From NCBI GenBank assembly GCA_048886185.1, contig JBHLKY010000005.1, positions 138,358 to 170,357 of the forward strand: a stretch of 32,000 bases of DNA, in the 5' to 3' direction. The position numbers and the translations under genes were made by a program. The notes under the pieces were generated by a model, which saw nothing but the letters and a program-made list of their open reading frames with translations, did no database searches and was not told the DNA's origin. The stretch comes from Candidatus Hermodarchaeota archaeon (GTDB lineage: Archaea > Asgardarchaeota > Heimdallarchaeia > Hodarchaeales > Hodarchaeaceae). Shown piece after piece: positions 8,389-16,237 of this stretch. The stretch's first letter is position 1; each line of letters starts with the position of its first letter.

Positions 8389-10674
8389 TTAAAAGAATGA
8401 TTCCAAGGTCATATCTTTCTTGTGGAATTCAGGAGGGATCAAATTTTCATATGCTCGGAGAATTAGCTTCCGATACTCATTGACGTCATATTGCTCGTTT
8501 CCTCTTAGAAGCTGTTCTGCTTTCACACGTTTTTTCCAGTCTTTTGCCTGTGCATCAATAATAAGATAGCGAATTTTCACCCCAGGTTCGACATTGACCC
8601 CTAAAGCAGCCAACTGTTTAGCTGCAATTGCTTGGCGAGAATTGTTGACATACTCATCAGGGGCGCGTGAGGGGCGAATTGTTACAAACAATTCTTCATG
8701 AGGGATATTTCCAGCTTCTAGCTCCTCAGTACACCTTTTGATGAATCTTTTCGCCCGAAGACTAGCAAGTCGATACTCTTCTCGTGTTCGAGCTTTTGCT
8801 AGGATTTTTAGCATATTCATCTGTAATTTCTTGATAAAGGAGGGACTACTTGACTGGCGGATCTCAATACCACGGATACGAAATGTTCCGTCCGTTTTGA
8901 CTCCATAATACCGATTTAAGACTCCAATTTCGGGTTCATATCGTCGTGGAAGGAAAACCATCCAATGATAATCAGCGGAATGCTCGACAGGTAGTTTAAC
9001 TATGTTTGCCACCTCTTGACGTAATTCACGAGTCATCTCAGTCGGAACAGGTTCTTCATCAGAATTTTTCAACCAAACTGAATCAACGATCCCCGCAACC
9101 ACTTCTAAACCATACCTAGAGGCAAGTTGCTGAGTGAGAGTCAAAGCATGACGACCATAGGCGGATATTGTCTCATGTGACTCAATTCTACCAAAACGAG
9201 CGTTTCGATAACCTTGGTAACCGAAACAGCAAACAAGCAGCCACTTAAGCACCTTTTGACGGCGATCATAGATCGAATGTAAGTTTCGTTTAGCCTTGAA
9301 ATACTGACGACGATTTAAGATATTCTCTAATGAAAGACTCACTAATCCAGGTCTGCGAGTGCAAATGTGATATTCCGTGAGAGGGACTGGTTGAGCTTCT
9401 CTTGCCGTACAACACTTGCAGTTAACAGTTTCAGGGGACACATTCTTGTGTACCATTATATTAGGATACATGCTTAAGAAATCTAGTTCTGTAACATTCG
9501 CATGGAACCCCACTCTTGGAGAGAAGACCAAACCCCCAACATCTGATTGTAAACTCCAAGCAGGACGAAAAGACTCCGCATCAGCTTTCCTAGCGGGGAT
9601 TAAAATACCCTGATGGTAAGCTGTTCGCATTTGAACTGCTGAAAGCGTTGTACCAATTGTTCCTCTCGCGATGCGCTGAGGATCGCTGCATCCCAAACGA
9701 ACCAGTTCTTGAATGCCTTCTATATTACCATCTTTCCACATAAAAGAATTTCCGACATCATAATGATGTCGGCCTCCGTCTAGATAGACCCCAAACTGAG
9801 AGAAATACACTCGGCCATAGCTGACAAAACTATGCCCTCTCTGGCTTTTTACTTCTCTTTGCCCTTCTTTGTATCGTATATACCCCTGCTTCTCTTTATT
9901 GTACCGTAGATAACTACTTAATGTTCGTTTTCCACGACCAAGTCTTAAATTCCCTATTCCAGCCCTCACCGCACGATGAGCTATTATGGGGAAAAATGTG
10001 TCCCCACCCCGAGTGAACAGAATATCAGGGTCGTTTTTTTGGACATAATGCACGCAATCACGAATTAGATTTTCCTCGTTATCCTCTTCAAAAACAACAG
10101 GCTCTTCGTCCTGATCAATAACTGATTTTCGCAGAAGAAACTTGGTTATACGGTTTTCCCGCTTCTCGATAAGGTGTGGGTTTCTGAATATTGGCTGTAG
10201 CCAAAGCGTCTTGAACGGTACCGCCTGATAATCCATCTGTACATACGACTCAAGAAGATCCCAATTCTTCAGTTCCCCATTTGCCACTTTAATAGTTGCA
10301 TAAGCATAGGGAAAAAGGCCCGTTTGAAAGCAGAATTGTTGCCACAAACTCAAATCGGCGTTGTGCAGGTAGTCACTCCAATACTTTCGTAAATCCTCAT
10401 AGGTACTTCGGATTTTTTGAGGATTCACCTGGACACGGAAAACATCGGAAAGGGCATGGTCATGGATAGAGAGGTACTTCGAAACTTTTGTAACGTTTTC
10501 AATCTCTGGGTGACTAAGTAATTGTCTTTCTATTTGAGGGTCGTCTTTCGCCAGAAAAAATTCCGCAGTAAGAGGATAAAAAGTACGAATGGTTTTTTTT
10601 CCTGTAAGCCAGTATACGTTGACCCCCCAATCAGTAGCTTCGATTTCATGGAGCCAAGCACGGATCGGAGACAT
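8389..10674 (-). CDS. polB2: Family B DNA polymerase, PolB2/Dpo2 subgroup (degenerate exonuclease)
   Basis: Motif A ELDFLSMYP; motif B QKVLKWLLVCCFGYQG; motif C GIVDSVW (YGDTDS with first Asp lost); RGIEIR; SPETVNCKCC insert; no intact ExoI DxE. Confidence 0.9.
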   Translation of the reverse strand: MSPIRAWLHEIEATDWGVNVYWLTGKKTIRTFYPLTAEFFLAKDDPQIERQLLSHPEIENVTKVSKYLSIHDHALSDVFRVQVNPQKIRSTYEDLRKYWSDYLHNADLSLWQQFCFQTGLFPYAYATIKVANGELKNWDLLESYVQMDYQAVPFKTLWLQPIFRNPHLIEKRENRITKFLLRKSVIDQDEEPVVFEEDNEENLIRDCVHYVQKNDPDILFTRGGDTFFPIIAHRAVRAGIGNLRLGRGKRTLSSYLRYNKEKQGYIRYKEGQREVKSQRGHSFVSYGRVYFSQFGVYLDGGRHHYDVGNSFMWKDGNIEGIQELVRLGCSDPQRIARGTIGTTLSAVQMRTAYHQGILIPARKADAESFRPAWSLQSDVGGLVFSPRVGFHANVTELDFLSMYPNIMVHKNVSPETVNCKCCTAREAQPVPLTEYHICTRRPGLVSLSLENILNRRQYFKAKRNLHSIYDRRQKVLKWLLVCCFGYQGYRNARFGRIESHETISAYGRHALTLTQQLASRYGLEVVAGIVDSVWLKNSDEEPVPTEMTRELRQEVANIVKLPVEHSADYHWMVFLPRRYEPEIGVLNRYYGVKTDGTFRIRGIEIRQSSSPSFIKKLQMNMLKILAKARTREEYRLASLRAKRFIKRCTEELEAGNIPHEELFVTIRPSRAPDEYVNNSRQAIAAKQLAALGVNVEPGVKIRYLIIDAQAKDWKKRVKAEQLLRGNEQYDVNEYRKLILRAYENLIPPEFHKKDMTLESFF

Positions 10675-10694
10675 TTTCAGCAGAATCCAATTGT

Positions 10695-10985
10695 TTACTG
10701 CTCCCCATAGCTCGTGGTTCGTACTGATTTCTTTTCTAGCTTGGTTAATTTTTCCTTCAGTCTTTGTATTTCCGATTGTTGGGCAATTAGCATGCTCATC
10801 ACAACATTATCGAAGACAATTGGACGAGTGTTGGCCGATGCCGCATCCGCAAGTTGGAAAGCATAGAGCCAAAGTTTTGTGAAACTGGCGCGATGAGGAT
10901 CACGAAGACGATTGGCAAAATGAACCTGCCAGAGTGTACGTTCTTTTTCCAGCATCACACGATAAGACGGTAACGTTCTACCCAT
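10695..10985 (-). CDS. PolB2-associated small helical protein (arCOG07300-like)
   Basis: MGRTLPSYR...AASANTRPIVFDNVVMSMLI pattern and position between radA-like and polB2. Confidence 0.8.
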   Translation of the reverse strand: MGRTLPSYRVMLEKERTLWQVHFANRLRDPHRASFTKLWLYAFQLADAASANTRPIVFDNVVMSMLIAQQSEIQRLKEKLTKLEKKSVRTTSYGEQ

Positions 10986-10991
10986 AATGGA

Positions 10992-11798
10992 TCACCAAAA
11001 TTCTGTTAGAGGAATCTGTTGTTTCCCAATTTGTTGATGAGTAAGTGCCGCTTGGACTGGGGGGCCTCCCTTTTGAACAGTGAATAGGAGAGCATAGTCA
11101 CTTGAGGAATTCCGAGAGGCAGGAGAGGCTTCGACTCGAATAATATCTGTTGCAGCATGCGCAAAAAATGTTCCACCAAGTGGTTTCTGACTCCTTGGAG
11201 CATTTTCTGCTGTCATCAACCCGATTAAATCATTTTGAATTGTTAAACTCTTTAATTTCCCCACAGCCTGAGTTAATTCGAGAATAGAAGATACTACCGT
11301 TAATTTGTCGTACTCAAGATACTGTAGAGCCTCATCAGACAAATAAAGGGATGATATCTGAGGTACCAAGACTATACGAATACTAGGATTCGTGTCGATT
11401 AGTTTAGGCAACTTTTTGGTGAGAATTTCTGTCACTTGATGATAATTAAATGCACGTGCTAACTGAATGCGATCTAGTATCGATAACGGATCAAATCCCT
11501 GCTTTCTGGCTTCAAATGAGACATTGTAATAAGGAAACACATTGGCTCCATCAACAAACGCCAAGTCAGTTTCAGGGTTATTTGATAACAGCGAAACTGT
11601 GAGTTGAGCTATAAAGGTGCGTGCAACTTTGAGTGACAATTCTCCTTGAATCAAAGTTAAACTGCCTGGGTACAGTTTAATCACATCATCTAAGTGTGGT
11701 ATCCCGAGTCGTAAGTATTGCTGCATTTGCTGGTAGCGTGCATCAGCTGAGGTGAAAGTATGAGAAAATAAGCCACGATTCCGACAGATTTGGATCAT
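10992..11798 (-). CDS. Inactivated RadA/Rad51-like protein of the PolB2 cassette
   Basis: LGIPHLDDVI, SLTLIQG with Walker A lost, FVDGAN, RIQLARAFNYHQ, LGGTFFAH; first gene of the cassette. Confidence 0.85.
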   Translation of the reverse strand: MIQICRNRGLFSHTFTSADARYQQMQQYLRLGIPHLDDVIKLYPGSLTLIQGELSLKVARTFIAQLTVSLLSNNPETDLAFVDGANVFPYYNVSFEARKQGFDPLSILDRIQLARAFNYHQVTEILTKKLPKLIDTNPSIRIVLVPQISSLYLSDEALQYLEYDKLTVVSSILELTQAVGKLKSLTIQNDLIGLMTAENAPRSQKPLGGTFFAHAATDIIRVEASPASRNSSSDYALLFTVQKGGPPVQAALTHQQIGKQQIPLTEFW

Positions 11799-12016
11799 CC
11801 CTAGTCATATGTGGTATATACTTCCCTCCCTCAAATTTGTGACACAGTCTGAGAGATGTCCGAAAATGATGAAAGAGACTGGTTTAAACAACTTCCGAGA
11901 AATAAGTGGGATTCGCTTTAATTTCCCCCTTACATGTTTTTAATGTATATGTCGACGTAATTGTTCAAACTAGAAGAAGGTAGGGGATTATGAAGAAAAC
12001 CCATTTACATCAATAA

Positions 12017-14864
12017 TCACTCAAGAACACAAATTTTAATCTCAAAAGGATCAAAAACCAATGTAGTTGAATCTTCTGTTAATTCTGTTTCTCCTTTTTT
12101 CGATCCGTCTATTTTGACCAGAGTACACTTTGTTATCGCAGAAGAAAATGTAATTTCAGCTGAAACAGTTTCATTCTGCAAATTAAACATAGTTACCCAT
12201 AATTTTTCATTACGTACTCGTAAGGAAGAAATCCTAATATTTGGATTATTTATGTAAATTAAAGGATAGAGTAAATCATCTGATCGTTCGTTCAAAGAGA
12301 ATTGAGTTGTTATTGGCTGCAGTGAAAAAGCCTCAGCATGATCCTCAGAATATGCTAATGGATCATCCTTTGAATGCAGTATTAGACTATATTCAAATGA
12401 ATACGTTGAATTTAGTTCTTGTGCACCTGGAGTAGCAATTCTTGGACCAGCATGTTCGGGCCTTTCAGGAATTCCAGAAAGTGAGAGCCACCCAACTGAA
12501 CGTACTAAGGTTAAAGCGAGTTGATTTCTGTTTACAAGTTCAATCTCTGGCAATCCTTTGTTCATTAAGGTAATAGCATATCGATTTAAATGATCCTCCA
12601 CTCTAATGTACCGTTTTTGAGGTTGGATTCCAGAAGGTTTTTCAATGAAAGTTTCATCACCAATAGGGCTACCAGATCTCTTAATACACCCAAAGTGCGT
12701 AGAAGTAAGAGTGTAATCTGTCTCAAATGGAAGGTTAAAACATACCCTTAGTCTATGATCCTTAGTAACATTTGTTAGGGTTGTTTTTAGATCAATTCTG
12801 GGAGAATCACGATAAAACTTGAAAATTGTTGTTATAGGTACTTTCTTTTTACCTATCCGTTTCTCTCTGGATTCATCAACTTCATAAAAGATTTCTATTA
12901 TCAAGGTTTGTTGAACCTCACATAATAAGGAACCAGATATTGTGACTGTCCTTTTCAGATCACTCACTTTAACGAATGCAGGACCCAATCGTCCAAATGT
13001 ATACTCATCTCCTCGGTCTCCCCAATCCTCAAACTGATGGAATTTCTGATAATTTTTCTTATTTTTCTTGTCATAAATATCAAAAGTTCCATCTCTGTTG
13101 AAAAGCAAATCATAGAAGGCATTACTCACACGATCTTTAGAAGCTTTAATGGAATTTGTTTGATTAATTTGTTTAATAGAGAAATCCGAGAGAATTAGTT
13201 TCGTAAAACTCCAAGGTTTCAAAGGAGCTAATGTTATGTATTTTTGTTCAAACTCTTTTGTGATTAATATATGGAATTTCTTGTACTTTTTACTATCGAT
13301 AACTTTTAATAGGTCCTTTTTCATTTCTCCCATATCAAGATCCCCCTCTGGTTTATCTCCGACGTTCATACGAACCTCGCATATTTCAGGATCATCTCCA
13401 TCAGATAATGAAGCTTTATTAACATAAAAGTTCATTAATCGCCTCCCTGGAAACATCTTCATTAATGCTCTCAGTTTAAGCCTACCAAGAGTCATCTCCC
13501 AAACAACATCAGTAGAAGATTGAAGTAGTTGTACCTCATAAATTTGTTTATCTATTTCAACTGATTTAACTGTAAAATCTCCAGAAACTTTAAACTCAAT
13601 ATTTCTTGGCATAGAGGTATTTGTTGGGTTGAAACAAAGGTATGATAGGTTAGTTGATGATTGCAATGTGTCATTTAAGGAAGTTAATGCTTTTTGAATA
13701 GCTATTTCTGCAAGAGATTCAGCCCAATAATAACGGAATCGCATTTCTTCATGAGTTTGGTCAATTGAACAACCACAAATCGAATCATGAGGTTGATTAC
13801 GTAAATACCACTTCCATGCTTGATTCAAATAAGCAGTTGGATAGCCATTATTTAGAAAATACCAAACGTAAGCATTTAATGGTTCTGCATAATGGACTAA
13901 CATGTCTTCTACTTTTTGATTCCACTGTTTGATCCACATCCTTGTTGAATAAGTGTCCTGTAATAGGTGTGCACGGGCGGCAGATCGAAATTCTCCAGTA
14001 AAAATAGGTGGGGAATAGTTTTCACGTTGCATTAATTGGATTAAACTCTGTACAAACTCATTTAAGACCCCAAGGGTTATCTCCACTCCATCAATGTCTA
14101 TATTTGAAAGATTAGCAGCCATTTGGGGATTGGGAAATTGATGATCAGTACCATTATGTAATAAGTATATAGGTAAAGGAGAGAAGGGAATCAATTGGCT
14201 AACAAGCTCCATTATTTCTGTAGTCAATTTTGAAGTCTCCTCTGGGAGCATAGCTGCGTTTCCATACCCAAAAGGAAGGTAAATTCCTAAAACAGAAGTT
14301 GTGGCTAAGGGATCACTTTTCCATATGAAAGGAACAGTGGTAATCTCAGGAGGTACTCCTCGCCAAACAACAACTGCCTCAAAATTTGTCAAATCACCGA
14401 TTAATTGGGGAATCACACGTGAATGACCAAACATATCGGGTAAATACCCTATTTGCATAAGTGGTATATTAAATTCTTTAGCTAGATCAAGACTATATTC
14501 AAGATTTCTTATAAGACTCTCTTGACCTACTAACCAAATGTCAGGAAGTAAGTACCAAGGTCCAACAGCAAGTTTCCCTTCCCTTATAAATTCTAATAGC
14601 TCTTCCTTCTTCTCTGGCCTAATTTCCAGGTAATCCTCTAAAACGATTGTTTGCCCATCAAACGTGAAATAAAAGTCTTGATTGTTTAAAATCTCTAACA
14701 ATTCATCAATCAAATTAACAAGCTTATATCGGAATTTTTGAAAAGGTAAATACCACTCTCTATTGGGTGTAAACTCACAAATGAGATCACATGTCCCAGT
14801 GAGTGTGAGGAGTGACAAAAATGTATTTTGCTTGATTTGAACTGTTATTTGTATCTGTGTCCAT
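12017..14864 (-). CDS. GH38 alpha-mannosidase (MngB-like), two exons: 14864-14793 and 14761-12017; 938 aa after splicing
   Basis: Exon 1 gives MDTDTNNSSNQAKYIFVTPHTHWD (24 codons, GGAG RBS-like element upstream). Exon 2 begins REWYLPF. Also FTFDGQ, GPWY, nucleophile GYLPDMFGH, NGTDHQ and QPHDSICGCS. The ORF-track start at TTG 14818 is out of frame with exon 1 and lacks HTHWD. Confidence 0.93.
14762..14792 (-). other. Candidate 31-nt bulge-helix-bulge (tRNA-type) mRNA intron
   Basis: Minus-strand insert ATGTGATCTCATTTGTGAGTTTACACCCAAT; central helix UGGG/CCCA; 3-nt bulges ACA and AUA; 10-position intron stem; exon stem CACUCAC/GAGAGUG; canonical cuts rejoin GAC|AGA in frame. Confidence 0.85.
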
Positions 14865-14897
14865 GTATTCGTATCTCCAAAGTTATTCTTATAACAA

Positions 14898-14903
14898 TTT
14901 AAA
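14898..14903 (-). promoter_or_regulatory. Putative TATA box (AAGG-TTTAAA) for the GH38 gene
   Basis: TTTAAA with purine-rich BRE-like flank about 34 nt upstream of ATG 14864; supports 14864 as the true start. Confidence 0.45.
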
Positions 14904-14938
14904 CCTTATAGGGAGCGAATTAAGCCAATTCAAAAAAA

Positions 14939-14944
14939 TTTAAA
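14939..14944 (+). promoter_or_regulatory. Putative TATA box for the DUF72 gene
   Basis: A-run followed by TTTAAA about 34 nt upstream of ATG 14978. Confidence 0.35.
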
Positions 14945-14977
14945 TTAATTCTTCTAAACATTTTTCTCTAGAGAGAA

Positions 14978-15970
14978 ATGCCAGCAAAAATTCTAATTGG
15001 GACAAGTGGATTTGGATATTCAGACTGGCAAGCTAGATATGAAAAAACTCGATTTCCTTTTTATCCTCAAAACTTAGATTCCCATCATCGCTTATCTTTT
15101 TATGCTGAAGTTTTTCCTACTGTGGAAATCAATACAACATTTTACCATTTTCCTCGTGCTTCAGTTGTGGATAAATGGGGACAACACGTTCCTAACGATT
15201 TTATTTTTGCATATAAGATTCCTCGTCATATTACACATCAGAAAAAACTTGATTTTAATCAAGGATACTGGGAAGAATTACGACCATTTTTGGATACTAT
15301 TTGCAGCGGTTTGGGTAGGAGTAAAACTGGGCCAGCACTACTACAATTACCACCTAAGTTTTCTGCTGACTATTTCAATCGTCTAGAAGTATTTCTGAAA
15401 TATTGGCCAAAAGACATTAGATTAGCAGTAGAGTTTCGCCACATTTCGTGGGTGGAACAAAAGCGACTTGATCAAACACTTTCACTATTATCCAAGCATA
15501 ATGCCGCTTATTGCATTGTTGATGAACCGTTGTTACCTCCAATAACACCAGTAACCGCTGATTTTTCATATATTCGATTCCATGGCCATGGTTTAAAACC
15601 TTGGTACAATTATCAATATAGTCTTGAAGAATTGACCCCTTGGGTATCGCGAATACGATCCCTAACTAGAAGTAAGGAATTGAAGGAAATCTTTACCTAT
15701 TTTAACAATCATCCACATGGTCATGCTCCTGCAAACGCACGACAATTAGCTATTCTTCTAAAGATTACACTAAAAAAGCCAGAGGATGTAAAGATGGCTA
15801 ATGTCAGGAGGAGGGCTGGGGATACTCCCCAACATTCATTAGAGAGCTTTTTAGATCTTCCATCTGTTGAATTAACCGATTATGTTCGATTTTGTTCCAA
15901 TTGTGGGAAAATGATCCTTAGAGATGACAATTTTTGTGAAAATTGTGGGCATCATCAGGAAAAGGATTAG
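14978..15970 (+). CDS. DUF72 (YecE-like) protein with C-terminal double zinc ribbon
   Basis: IGTSGFGYSDW, FPTVEINTTFYHFP, YKIPRHITH, LLQLPP, AVEFRH, YIRFHG, YFNNH; tail FCSNCG...FCENCG. Confidence 0.92.
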   Translation: MPAKILIGTSGFGYSDWQARYEKTRFPFYPQNLDSHHRLSFYAEVFPTVEINTTFYHFPRASVVDKWGQHVPNDFIFAYKIPRHITHQKKLDFNQGYWEELRPFLDTICSGLGRSKTGPALLQLPPKFSADYFNRLEVFLKYWPKDIRLAVEFRHISWVEQKRLDQTLSLLSKHNAAYCIVDEPLLPPITPVTADFSYIRFHGHGLKPWYNYQYSLEELTPWVSRIRSLTRSKELKEIFTYFNNHPHGHAPANARQLAILLKITLKKPEDVKMANVRRRAGDTPQHSLESFLDLPSVELTDYVRFCSNCGKMILRDDNFCENCGHHQEKD

Positions 15971-16237
15971 GATCAGAAAAATCCATCTCATTTATACCAA
16001 AAATGATATTCCTTGAGGAATTTAATCTACTATAATCGAATCATAACAAAAGGTTTTTTAGAATAAATAGATGATGTTCTAATTGAGGGATATTTCTTTA
16101 TTGTTTGAAATAAAGATCAGATTAGATATTTTTTTACCTTAAAAAAGGTAATTCTTGATTTACTCCTCTTTAACTGGTTCATCATTAGAAAAGAGAGACT
16201 ATCTGCCCTTATGAACTTCTAATAAGGATGGCTATAA

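Noticed and set aside
9840-9915. Extra segment in PolB2 (YLRYNKEKQG / YIRYKEGQRE) as a possible in-frame intron
   Set aside because: Looks like an imperfect tandem duplication; no 4-bp helix with paired 3-nt bulges found; no stop codon.
14762-14818. ORF-track N-terminus MSLLTLTGTCDLICEFTPN for GH38
   Set aside because: It reads exon 1 and the intron in the wrong frame and lacks the HTHWD motif. ATG 14864 has RBS- and TATA-like support.
12017-14864. GH38 as a simple frameshifted pseudogene or assembly error
   Set aside because: All other catalytic motifs are intact with no further lesions, and the insert forms a BHB whose canonical cut sites match the motif junction exactly. Not formally excluded without reads.
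16176-16223. Complementary blocks GGTTCAT/ATGAACT and ATTAGAA/TTCTAAT suggesting a pseudoknot over ATG 16211
   Set aside because: The third loop would be zero nucleotides, which is not sterically plausible; short AT-rich matches.
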